From NCBI RefSeq assembly GCF_018977255.1, contig NW_024704742.1:110548001-110612000 (forward strand): a stretch of DNA of 64,000 nt. The letters run 5' to 3'. The notes beneath the pieces are model-generated. The model was given only the letters and a program-made list of their open reading frames with translations, made no database searches and was not told the DNA's origin. The DNA comes from Callorhinchus milii (Eukaryota). How positions within the stretch are numbered: the stretch's first letter is position 1; every line of letters begins with the position of its first letter. The translations under genes and the position numbers were made by a program. This document shows, one piece after another, positions 50,701 through 63,074 of the stretch.

Positions 50701-51311
50701 GCTTTGTGAAGGGCTATAACAACCTCAACTACAAAAGTCCCTCTATCTGATGCAACAGAAACATAAATAAGAAGACATTTTGAAATCATACTATTTATTA
50801 TAAACGTGCTATTTATTATAATCAAGTTTTACTCTATTTATGAACAAAGTAATCTTTCTTGCAATGGAATATAGATAACTATTCTTTTGGGGCTCATTTT
50901 ATAGAAATATATAATTTGAAACTTTCCAAGCAACAAAAAAATAAAATATTAGAATTTTCTGGATGATCAATGAGGCAAGTTGTTCAAATATCATCACAAA
51001 GAGACATTTGGAGATAAAATGTTATCAATCTTGTATCTTTGAATAACATGAAGTGTGTGTCCTGTTGAAATTATTCATAGAATCATAGAAATTTACAGTG
51101 CAGAAGGAGGCCATTCGGCCCATTAAGTCTGTACCAGCTCTCAGGGCAATTTGTGCTTTCAATCTCTTTTTACTTGGATTTTCCCCCCAGATATCAAATG
51201 ATCAGAAGCCTATATTGGTTTTTGGCTCTTCAAATTTATTTATGACTCCTCCTGAGTCACCTTGTTTGTTCCCCAGCTTGTCACAGCTGGAACCAACCAA
51301 CAAAAATAGAT

Positions 51312-51635
51312 TAAACGCAAAATGCTGCAGCTGCTGGAAATCTGAAACAAAAACAGAAGTCGCTGGGAACACTCAGCAGGTCAGGCAGCATCTATGGAGA
51401 AAGGAAAGTGAGCCAACGTTTCGGGTCCACGACCTTTCATCAGAGCTGGGGCATGTTGGGAGGAAGGGCAAGGAAGACAAAGGAGAATTTAGGGTAGAGG
51501 ACAGGGGATGATGGGTTAAAGAGGTGTTAATAATGCAAAACAAAGGGGGAATTCCAACCAAACTGGGGAATAGAGGTCTTAATAATGCAAAAAGGGTGGG
51601 GGGGTGGGGTAATTGGGGGCGGGGGGGGGGGGGGA
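51312..51635 (-). mobile_element. Penelope-like element terminal repeat fragment
   Basis: Homologous to 2923-3057 and extends further upstream through a pyrimidine-rich segment (minus strand). Confidence 0.7.
51411..51447 (-). ncRNA. Minimal type-I hammerhead ribozyme motif
   Basis: agct-CTGATGA-a-aggtc-gtg-gaccc-GAAA-cg-TT-ggct: intact core, stem II, palindromic AACGTT in place of stem III, stem I agct/ggct. Confidence 0.65.
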
Positions 51636-52329
51636 ATTAAGCTTGCCTAGAGAGCGGTACAGACTCAATGGGCCGAATGGCCTCTTTCTGCACTGTACAT
51701 TTTGGAAAAACTGAACCCAGGAAAATACCAAGCCCAACTGATCTAAATAGTTTTGCATTGTTGTGTTTCATCTTAACTTTTAAAAGCTCCAGTGAGATTT
51801 TCAGAGATTTCCTAACACAATAAGTAATCATTGTATACTTTGTAGGGAATTCAATCCCACTGGCCCTTTTACTTTACTTAGTTCATCCAACGCATGGAGA
51901 ATTTCAACCAGCACAGATGTTGGTCAGGCCAGAGTTTCATGAAGTCACTTACAATAGAGGAAGAAAGCAAGAGCCAGCCAGAAGATAGAAAGAAATTATG
52001 AAACAATAAGTTAAACAGGGAAACATAAAAGAGAGACTTAGAATGAATGGAGAATTGAGTGAGGGAACAAAATCAAACAAAAAATAAAAGGAAACAAGCA
52101 GAAGGAAACATAAAAAAGCTAAAACAATAAAAAACATTGAGGAAGCTAAAAGAGAGTGACAAGAGTGGCTGTAATACTTTATAGGATCATGTTCTTGTTG
52201 GTTAATCATTTCCAATTAGAGGTTATCTTTCTTAGAGGGAGGTAAGTGGGATTTCTTTGGAGTTGAGCTGACTCCAAGATGACGTGCTTGACAGCAGAAT
52301 GTCAGAATCGAGTTAACACTTTGCAGTCG

Positions 52330-52910
52330 CCTCAGGAGTTTGGTTCCTGAGCCAGTCGGGGCTGCAATTCTTCAAGGCACTGCAGTTGACAGACCAGCCA
52401 GCCTGACTCATCATCAGGATTTAAAAAAGGCAGATGAGTCACTGGGCCAGGGATTCTTCTAACTCGCTTTCTGGTAACCCTGTAAACCAAAAGCCTTAAT
52501 GGGTAGGATAATCTTAGTTGGATAAGCAATGGGAAGCTTGCCAAATTGTGCTCTCAATGGCAAGATAATAATAAGACTTGCATTTGATATAGCCCCTTAT
52601 CATGTCTTTGAGATGTCTCAAAGCACTCAAAGGTATATGTTTTTACCCGATTAAAATCCAGCAGTACCCAATTGCACACTCTGAGGTCCCCAGGTCTAAA
52701 ATCTCACTAACCTGAATTTAATAGTGTCTAGAATTGGGCAGCAAGGTGCAACCATCCAGGGAGAGAATGTGCATTCCATTTCAAACACAGGGGAATTACC
52801 ATGTGTACGTGGCATGGATATGTGAAACTCTGAATCTAGTTTGGATACTCTTAAGCATGGTAATGGATTTCTCCATGTGCCAGACACCCAGCTGACCAAA
52901 ACAATTATGA
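52330..52910 (-). repeat. Unclassified old interspersed repeat, copy 2 of 3 (SINE tail inserted at ~52565-52635)
   Basis: tccagggagagaatgtgcattccatttca, tctagaatt and gggaagctt are reverse complements of blocks at 5640-6025 and 62410-62790. Confidence 0.7.
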
Positions 52911-55900
52911 AAGTAAATGGGAATAGAAAATGGTGAATGATCAATAATTATGTTATATCATAATCTGAGGTCAAATATCATCATGATTTCATTTTTTTTC
53001 TTGGAAATCCTTACTTAGGTACAAAATAATCTGCTAGAAAAATCAATTAAAGGATAATGTGGAGAAGTGGGAACGAAAAAACATTTTCCATGAAACGTCT
53101 GATATCTGGGCAAACTCGGATCAAACTCCACATTGGGGTTAAAGCTTTGCAAGTCAATCATTTAACAGTTTGCATACTGAGAAATGAGGAAAAGCAGCAA
53201 GTGGAAAAGTATTAAAGTTTGAAGTTTATTACAACCATGAAGGTTCAAGATTGAAAGAAATCATTTGAACTACAAGAGATACAAGAAAAATGTCACAATC
53301 ATGAAGCTTGCTTAGTAGAAAATAAAATCACCGAATCTTCTACAAAAATAGCATTTTTGTGCAAAACTTTAAACTGCTCATGTTTTGTGTGACCTAACTC
53401 TTTAACATCTTCAGACCTTTGCCATGTATTCTGTAAGCTTACCTCAAATAGATCAAGAAAGTTGCAATACATTTCTCATACTGCAATAACCACTTGATAA
53501 CCATTGTTACGGAACAGCAAACATTTATTTTCCAATTGAAAGATAAGCATTGTTTTAAAAGAAAAGTCAGCCTTGAATTTCTATTTCACGTTTCTAATGA
53601 ACAGTTTATTAACTAAAAATGGCACCAGTGAAGGAGCTCTCTTATTCTTCTACACATTATTTTGGTTCCATAATACTGTATTCAGTAAAATAGTTAATTG
53701 TAAAATAGTTTTTGGAGTTGGGTTGCATAGAATTTGCCTATTTATAGCATTCCATAATGCTACTCAATGTGAAAGTTGCTACAGTATATAAATATGTATG
53801 CAAATTGTTGTTGCAAAAAATACAGTATATACATTTTGAAATGTAAGCAAATTATAGAGCTCAAAATTTCTTATAGAAACTAAATTAAACTCACAGTACA
53901 GCATAGAAAATATAAATGACAGCACCAGTTTTTTAAAAATGACTATGGATAAATTTGAGACATAACAGTGAAACATGTGTCAAATACATCCGTTATAATG
54001 TTGCTTGTCATTTTTTTCCATTGGAGATCTCATAAGCAGCTCTTGGGTATCAGTCATGGAACTCTGTGACAGATCTGCCCTTCCCAAGTGGCTGAATACA
54101 CTATCTTCACTGAAGCCTTTTGACCAAAGCAATAAGCAATTCTATATACTGTATTAAAGTCATTTTCCACATGCTACCTCAGCACGACCCATTGTTCATG
54201 CAGACTCCTGCTGACCATGTAAAACCTCAGCTCCAGACTAAATGACTGCACTTGTACAGTTACACAAGTTAAGCAATAAGTCCCCAACTGAATTTTTTTT
54301 CCAGTTAGACAGAAAAGTGTGATTATCACAACTGCTCAAGGTGCAATTTTGGACTGTCAAAAACCTGCAAACAATCTGAACGCATGGAAAATAAATCTGC
54401 TGACCTGCCAAACTTTATTTTTTTAATTCGCACCCATTTGGTGCATAAATGCTTCAGTGTGGTGCACCATCTGTGTAAGCTTCAGTTGCCCTGATCACTC
54501 AAGGTCAAAGGTTGCAGTTTGCCCCATGAAACCCGGCCCATCTCTGCTGAAATCAGCTTTGTTGCCTGTGACAAATGAGTCCAATCTAGGCTGCATGCCC
54601 TTGACTTGACCCTGACCAACATGAACAATGGGGCAAACTCAGTCAGTGGAAAAGATGTTCTGCACTAATGAACTCGGTGGTGGCCACAGGTCAGTGAAAA
54701 AGGGATAATGTTCAATCTTTTCAGGTGCGCTTGTATAATGAGACACGCACACTATTTGCAGGATCGTGTACATGTAACAAAGAAAGGTATTTGTACACTC
54801 ATTAAAGGTATTGAACCTTTGGGATATAATAAAACTACTGGTTTTAATTTAATCTTTATTGACTCAAAATCTTAATAATAATAATAATAATCCTTGCATT
54901 TGATATAGCGCTTTTCACGTCTTCTAGACGTCCCAAAGCGCTTAAGTGATGTGTTCTCTTTATTTCAGTTTGCCAAACCCTGTATGGGCACCAATTAACT
55001 CACGCGTACCCTAAATGATGTGTGCATTCCTGTAAAATTTGCTTCTACTTTATTTCTGCTATGTAATACCAGTCATGGCAATTCTAAACTCATTGGGCAC
55101 ACTTCCCAGCCCCTTGACATAGTGGAAGTAAAGCTGTACACATTGGCATACATTGTATTTGTACCCAGTGGAAGCGCAGAAACTAGGATTGTGAAACCTT
55201 TGTTTTTCCCTTTTCTTTTCAATGCTGCTTTTGGGAGACCTCTGGTGAGGATTTAGACGAATTGAGCAGTCTGTGCGTCAGTCAGCCTGCTTGTCTGAAC
55301 CCTTGCCAGAAATGCTAACCTAACTTTAAAAAATATTTGTAACCGACACCGCAAGGCAAAAATAAGTTATTTGTGTAGTAATAAAAAAGTGAGTGACATT
55401 TTATGCCTACAAATGCTTAAAAGTGGCATTTAGAATCCTTTTCACTAATGGAGTACTTTCCAAATAATTCTTTCAAGAGAAGGTATGGAGTCTCCCCAAC
55501 AGTACATTCCCTTTCCATGAGAATCACTGCTCTTTGAATTAGTATTCTGGCCAATTTATACAAGTTATTATCTGAGATATAATCATGCCACTGTTACTTG
55601 ATCAATGCCATTTTCATTCAAGAAAATTTTCATTCTCTGAATAACATTATCAATAATTTAGAAACTGGGACTATTTGGTAAACTGGATTAAATTGTTCAC
55701 ATCTCATGAAAGTATCTTATGGGTGTGAAATATGCAAATGCAACATGATAATAATCATTGGTGATAATTATCACATTACGTTGAGCATTTTCCCTAATAT
55801 CATATTCAAATAGTAATAATAATAATAATCAGACCCTTTTACACTGAACTCCAGCCCTCCAGATGAGAGTTTACATCTCCATTCTGTGTTAAAATATGTT

Positions 55901-56395
55901 TTAAGTTGTGAATGTAGTTCCCTTTCCAGCCTTCTGCAGTTGTAAGGTTTTATGAATATTGCAGTTTCAATCCCATTAGCAAAGAAAGACCTGGATAGCT
56001 TTGTGTTTGGGTCAAAGAGATAAATTCAAATATCAGCTTTGGTACTTTCAGCTCTGAATAGCTGGGAGACAGTATCTTAAATAACTGTTCAGTTCTGAAC
56101 ATATAATGCAATAATGACCTAACACAAATAGCCTTAAGCATTTTGCTTTAAAGATCATCCTTATATCCTAAGTTCATACAGCAAAGCACTCAACCTGTTA
56201 TCTGTTGTCAGACTGACCATGTTCACAGACCTCAAAGAGTCACCCATTTTTACATAGGTTACATTATCATAACAATTTTCCTAAGTGTCTTCCTTGACAT
56301 CTCATACCAGTCTTAAAAACTGCCTGGGAAATTCAACGTTCATCCTATCAAGTGGTAATAGCTGTTCTAATAAAATAGGGGTTTATACAGAGGCC

Positions 56396-56800
56396 TCAGC
56401 CTGGCTCAGTTAGTTGTACTCTCACCTCGGCGTCAGAAGGTTGTGGGTTCAAAACCCAGGTTGGGACTTTGAGATCGTAATCTTGACTGCTACTCAATGG
56501 CAGTACTGAGGGTAAGATGCATTGTTGGAGGTGCCCTCCTTGAGATGAAATATAAAACAAAGGTCCCATCTGCCTCTTCCTGTGGATGTTAAAGATTCAA
56601 AGGAAAAGTGCCTAGCCAACAGTTCCACCAGATAGAATTAGACATTCACTTAATAGTTTTTTATGGGACATTGCTGTGCGAAAATTGGCTGTGGTGTTTG
56701 CCTACAAATAGGCAGTGGTTACATTTTAAAATAAATCTTGTGAAGCACTTTTAGAAGTCTGAATGGCAAAAGGAACACATCAAATTCAAGCTTTATAATA
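56396..56800 (+). mobile_element. Deu-domain SINE
   Basis: ctggctcagttagt, gtcagaaggttgtgggttcaaa, ggaggtgccc...tgagatgaaatataaa. Confidence 0.8.
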
Positions 56801-56879
56801 ATTGTTATAGTATCTCTCCAATCAACTGTTCCTCCAAAGAGGCAATTGGAAACATGATTTGAAATTTAGTTCAGCTTCT

Positions 56880-57290
56880 GGATGTCACTACACCAAATAT
56901 CTCTAAAACCCTTATCCACATCTTTGTTACCTCTTGTCTGGACTGTTAAAATGCATTCTTTGGTGATCTCCCATATTCCTCCACCATCTAAAACTTAATT
57001 TTCCACAATCTCATCAGCACCAAATTCCACAGACCTCCACTGGCTCCCTGTCTCTCAGTGGATGGAAATGAAAGTCCTCACCTCACCTTCACACCCTCCC
57101 TCTGTCCCTCTATCTTACCCCTCTCTCTATTTGTCTTCAAGTACTGCCATAAAATCTACTGCTTCGATCATGCCTATGGTCATCTTCTTCCCCCCTCTCC
57201 CTTTTCTCCTGCTTAGCATCTGGCCCTGTAAAGTGCTCAAAGACGTTACTCAATGTGAAAAATACTACATTAATGCAAGTTGTTGTAATA
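56880..57290 (+). mobile_element. Heavily decayed L2 3' fragment
   Basis: acccttatccacatctttgttacctc, ctccactggctccctgt (LHWLP), gcaagttgttg tail. Confidence 0.65.
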
Positions 57291-57364
57291 AGGGCATGTT
57301 TCCATTGCAGAAAAGAAAGCATTCAATGAAGTTTGGATGTATAGTTCCCCTCCCATAGAAAATA

Positions 57365-57773
57365 TTCTCTAGAATATAGAAGAATTAGGGGTGGTCTTAT
57401 AGAAACATATAAGATTCTTATGGGGCTAGACAGTGTGAGACTGTTTCCCCTGGTAGGAGAATCCATAACTTGGGGTCACAGTGTTAAGATTAAGGGTCAG
57501 TCCTTTCGAACAGAGTTGAGGAAACACTTCTTCACTCAGAGGGTAGTGAATTTAAGGAATTCTCCACTCCAGAAGGCTGTAGATGCTCAGTCCTTGAACG
57601 TACTCAAGACTGAGATTGATAGATTTTCAAAGGATAGAAGGAATAAGGGATATGGGGATAAGGGGGGATGGAGTTAGGTTAGAAGATCAGCCATGATCTT
57701 ATTGAATGGCGGGGCAGGCTCAAGGGGCCGAATGATCTACTCCTGCTCCTAATTCCTATGTTCCTATGTTCCT
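57365..57773 (+). mobile_element. CR1 LINE 3' end with (TTCCTATG)n tail
   Basis: FRTELRKHFFTQRVVNL..NSPLQKAVDA..LKTEIDRF; ttcctatgttcctatgttcct. Confidence 0.92.
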
Positions 57774-57954
57774 AAAAAGTAAATATCAATTATGAACTTA
57801 TCTCCTGTTAAATCAGTGGAAGTGAGTCAACAGTGTCCAGTCCACAAAGAAGCAGAAAATGGGCACATTAAATCTAATAGACTTTCAGGGAGCAGGTACT
57901 GATGGATATAAAGTCATTAGAGTACCACAGAATTCTGGCACAGATATGCAGCTG

Positions 57955-58294
57955 CTGGACCACCAGGAAACTCCAGTGCATCAAGCACACTAGACCACCA
58001 GAACACTTGGATAGAAAGATACCCAGCCCCAAATCACCAGGGAATGTGGATGGACCTACACTAGACTGCCAAGGAATTGAGATGTATTTGACCCACTGGA
58101 CTAGCACATATTTCAGATGGATATTCCACCAGGGAGCACAGATGTATCGAATCCAGTAAACCACCCACAAACACATGTACAGATACATAGTGACTTGACT
58201 GCCAGAAAAGTCTGAACTATTGGATTCACTTGACAGCTCGGGAACTCGGATGCATCAGAGCCACTGGATTGCCAGGTAAATTGGATAGATGAGC
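57955..58294. repeat. Degenerate ~35-bp tandem repeat
   Basis: ctDgaY unit starts at 57955, 57990, 58061, 58096, 58194, 58229 and 58264. Confidence 0.7.
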
Positions 58295-58619
58295 GTTCAG
58301 CAAGGGAATTTGGTCAAATAATAATGCAAAATAAAAAAAAATCATCTACCTGGCAGTCATAACACTCAGAATCTGAAAAATATAGCCAAGAAGAAATTGT
58401 TAGTTTGCTATCACCAAAGTTGCCCTGCATATACGAAGAATTAACAGGAAAAGTATTATTTGCCATTCTTTACCCACAAACATCTGATATCATGGGTTCA
58501 AAGGAGGAGCAGTAATTTTGAATGCTTGGCTCCATAAGACTTTTCTAAGAACAACACTGTGCCTTTCAGCATACCACCATATAGAACCAGCAAATCCCAT
58601 TTTGTTATTTTTAACTAAA

Positions 58620-58965
58620 AAAAATCTTACATTTATATAGGGCCTTTAATGTCAGGAGCACTTCTCAAAGCGCTTCACAGGAATGTCCACAGACAGCTGT
58701 GAGGTGAATGACCAATTTTATTTGGGGGATTATTGTCCAGGACATGGAATAAACTTCTTTCTCTTTCCAAACAGTGCCATGGGATCTGAAATGTCCATCT
58801 GAACATTCAGACATAGTCTCTGTTTAAAGTCGCATCCGAAGGACGGCACTTCCAATAATGCAGCACACCCCCAGCATTGGAATGTCAGCCTAGACTATTT
58901 GGGTCTTGAACCCACAACCTCTTCACTAAAAGGCAAGATTGCTACCAATTGAGGCAGGTTGACAC
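58620..58965 (-). mobile_element. Deu-domain SINE
   Basis: gtttaaagtcgcatccgaaggacggcacttcc, cttgaacccacaacc. Confidence 0.8.
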
Positions 58966-59638
58966 TGAAAATGACAAAGTAGTGAATTTAATTTTCAATC
59001 ATTACAACAGCAATTTAAATGTATACAGAACCTTAAACATCTGGAAACCCGAGCTGGGTAGGGGGGCTATTAATTATCTTGGTACAAATAGGCAAACTTA
59101 GGTTGCTAGTATTCTGGTTTCTCTAACTGTTGTAAACAATGGAGAATTGTACACTTATTGCAGAAATGTAAACCAACCGTGTGTTATTACTTTCCTTAAT
59201 ATAGTCATGCAAGGTACCTGTGAAAGGGACGTTACAGATTTAAAGTTGATTCAATAAACAAGAAGCAATTGGTCGTAATTAAAATGACAACCCATCATTG
59301 TGCTCTGCCTGCTCCACCCTTGAATCAGGAGCAGTACATTTTCCAAAAAAGTAATATTATGTGAATTTAAAAGAGTAAAAGATGCAATGGAGCAATGCAA
59401 CTGTCAATATGGGTCGAGAAATCAGTGGGAATTTAACTCTTGTATTATTGAAAATTTCATCAGTTGGTTTTCCGAATATTTTCCTCTTCTTCCAAATTCT
59501 ACCTACAAAATTATTTGTGATATTTGATGGCTCTTATAAAATAAAATTTGAAAAACAACAGCTACCAAAGAACATTCCTAAACTCATCTTGCCCATGGTA
59601 AGGGGTAAAGAAAATGGAAAATATAGGGTAAACTCATT

Positions 59639-59840
59639 AATAATAATAATCCTTGCATTTGATATAGCGCTTTTCATGTGTTCTAGACGTCTCAACGGGC
59701 TCACAGAATATGCTGTAAAGTGAATTGACCGTATATTTATGGACAAAATGCGGCAGCCAATTGCACACAGCAGTGTCCCACAAACAGTCGTGGATTGAAA
59801 ATGACTAATTTGTTATTTTTTGGAGGAATTATTATTAGGC
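59639..59840 (-). mobile_element. Short-subfamily SINE, 5'-truncated
   Basis: Matches 38020-38223. Confidence 0.85.
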
Positions 59841-59933
59841 TATCATTACATAAATAATTATTTATTATTAAAATCGACTTTGGGTGAGCTACTGTGGATC
59901 CACTCAATATGGGAACATGGTGATTCAATAAAA

Positions 59934-60184
59934 GATACACCTAACTTCCAATGCTGAATGATCGGCTTCCTACTCTAAAACATGGGCACCTTCCAGGTCA
60001 TAAGGTTAATGTTGACGTCACTTACTGCACATGTATGCAAGAAGTAGCATCAACAATACATCACTTCTTGCACACATGAAAGAAGTTATGCCAGTGGAGC
60101 TTACTGGTTATAGCACACACAACGCAGGAGTTGGCCTTTTTTAGCATAGGAAGCTGACCATTCAGCACTGAAAGTCAGTGTATC
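59934..60184. repeat. Long imperfect palindrome (MITE-like fold-back)
   Basis: Outer arms 39/47 complementary; inner arms 60030-60045 and 60063-60078 are 15/16. Confidence 0.85.
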
Positions 60185-62409
60185 ACTCTTTCAAGAGTTA
60201 ATGGATGAAGTTTATTATATTTCTCAATTAGTTTCTTAATTAAGAAATCTGTTTCCACGACAAAGTTACCTTTGAGTTAGCATCACTTACTTCCAGTCTT
60301 ATAGGTCGCTGCCCTGTAACTTTTAATTCTTTTATTACAATATTATCTTCATATCTACATACATATTTTTGTTGCCTGAGTGACCAGATTGACGTCTTCA
60401 GGATTAAATTCGAAAGAACTCTTTCAAGGTCACTGACCTGTAACTTTCAATTCTTTTATTGATGCGCTCATTTTTCTTTCTGTGTTACCTGTCAGCACAC
60501 CCCAATATTCCTTCTGTCAATCTATGTCTCTTAGCTTTTATTAGGGAGTAAAATACTACCATTTCTGTGGTGTCATGTGTACCATAAAGATAAGACTGAC
60601 AAGTCACATATTTTTTGAGCTATTTTCTATGTAATAGAGAAACAGTTTATTACTGTTAAGCAGTACCTGTCTCTCTACTGTGAATAATGCAGTCCTCGAG
60701 GCCAGTATTTTACAGTCATAAATATAAAAACTCATACCTTCACATCAGGCCTTTACCACAGTAGATGTCACAATAAAAGCACTTCCTTTGTCATTGTGTC
60801 CTTTGATTTGGTAAAACTGAACCGCATCACAAGATTTACACCGTTGCTTGAATAAGGGTTATTACTACACATTTTAAAGAATCTAAATTCAACGGTATTT
60901 CAAAAGCAGTGATCTATAAATTATTACAGCCATGCTTCATACTGTATAAAATTAAGCAACAAGACAGATTAGTTGTCCTAAAATTGTAGTGCTGTTTTGC
61001 CAGCTTGAATTAAGGGTGTAAACACATTACAATATTCCAGAAACAAAGGTACTGCATTGTAAAGATAATATGTGCTTTAAATGTCTTTGATATTTATCAG
61101 ACCTGATATTTTGAATGCAGGGCTACATTCCTTGGTTAGATTCACAATGTGCTGATGTTATAATCAATTTATGCTATATTAAAAAATGTTTAAAGGTTGT
61201 ATTAAAATTAGGTATAATTTTTTTCTCTCTTTTTGATCATCCCTTTAGCATGTGCTCTGTAAAATGTGACATGTTTGCTCTTACACTCTCTGTATTGTAC
61301 TGGTCGAGAATACTTAATTGCTAGGAACCGATCTCCAAGTGTTTCTGCCACACCGAATGTTTCAGCTATGAGACAACATTCTTTTGTGTCATTTTACCCA
61401 TTCTATTTTATAAGTTATTTCATTTACTGTCTCACTTTAGATGTTGCAGGTCATTCAGATGTCTTGTAGCTGACCCAGGCCAGGTCTCTTTCAATGTGAT
61501 GCTTCATGCAGCTATTTAGATGCGGATGAGAAACATTGGAAACTCGCTGCATAAGGAGTCCCAAGTACCGAATTTGTTCTCTTCCTCACATATCGCACCA
61601 TGAAAGGCCCACACTGTTCCAGCTTTGTGCATTAATCCTCTCGATTAATACATGTAATAAAAACTTACAACTTCTTCAGAGAATGGTGCACTGATGTGAT
61701 TGGATGGGTTATGAGTGTTGTAAAAGGGAAGGTTAGTCACACGCCACATCTTCAGAATTAGGTTGGAGAAGTGCGGCTCAAGTGCTGAGTCCTTTTGCCT
61801 TTGAATAGATGGGATATTGATGTCTATTTAAAACCCGCAATACAGTGATTGAGAGAGGTCAGCCATAGGGCCTTGCAGCATTTTAATGATGTACAGAATT
61901 ATTGACTGAAACAGCACAGAGAGCTCTTGGCCCACAGCAACCATAGAGTTTACAAACTAAGATATTCATTTCACTAAACTGTAGCTGTTTGCATTTCCTT
62001 TTAAATCCCCTTCAGCTCACGTCACATTCCATTCTCCACCGGAGATGGTGAGCAGGTATTTTCTCTCAACCCAAGGATTGCCACTCTTTTTGCGGATATC
62101 ATAAAATGCCGCATCCCCACATCAGGCAGCTATTGCCATTTCCAATGCAATATCACAACCCAAAACATTTTTTTGAAGGTCAGTTGAGTGTCTGACACAT
62201 TTGGAAATCCATCACCCTAATTCATACAAGATCACAAGATGAACCTGGATGAAGAAAGCCTTTTGGCAAATCTGATTTCATCCCTCCAGAACACCCACTC
62301 TACTCTGACCCCTTCACTACATCAAACTGCTTTTTAAACTGATTTTTAAGTATTCTGGCCCCCACTATCTGTCCTGGCAACCTGTTTCAGTCATTGATTA
62401 TTAAGAGTA

Positions 62410-62790
62410 ATCCAACCGTACAAAGTTCCACAAATGTATGCTACCACATATAAAGATTTAATTGTGTCTGAAATGGAATACACATTCTCTCCCTTAAGGG
62501 GCACCCTCTACTTACCTAATTCTGGAGAGTATTAGGCACAGGTTGGCAAGAGCCAAAGCTTGGGGACCCCAGGGTGTGTGTTGTTGTACCAATGGAGTTG
62601 AATCAGCTACAACTGTATAGCTTGCCATTGATAGCACTGTCTGGTAAGCTTCCCTACCTACTTGTTAATGCTTTAGTATGCAGGGTTAAAAAGAGCAGAG
62701 TGAGATGTATTCTGCTCCCAGTATACCCCTTGACATCCTGCTGATGAGCCAGGCTACATGGTTTGTCATCATTGCTGACCAAGGAAGCTC
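62410..62790 (+). repeat. Unclassified old interspersed repeat, copy 3 of 3
   Basis: tgaaatggaatacacattctctccc, caggttggcaagag, aagcttccc, atcctgctgatgagccaggct. Confidence 0.7.
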
Positions 62791-63074
62791 AAATGAGCCA
62801 TTCCCATCTCCTTTTTCAATTATCCTAAATGAACCTCCATTGTTTTGTTCTTCATTCTGACAACCAAACCAGAATCAGAAACTTGCCATGTGAGAAACTG
62901 CAGGCGTGAAACTGTTTCTTTCCACTGGCTGAAGCAGGATCTAAATAACTCAATGGTCTGCTTTGTTTCAATTCCCCCCTGCCCAATTCCACTGCACTAA
63001 TTTTCTCTCCACACATCTCCTCTCCTGAATATATTTGATTACTTTTTTTCTTCTATTGACTGATGGTTCTACAA

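Noticed and set aside
57955..58294. CRISPR-like array
   Set aside because: Vertebrate context, no constant repeat with unique spacers, no cas genes
62735..62770. ctgatgagccaggct as a hammerhead in the unclassified repeat
   Set aside because: No GAAA after the putative stem in any of the three copies
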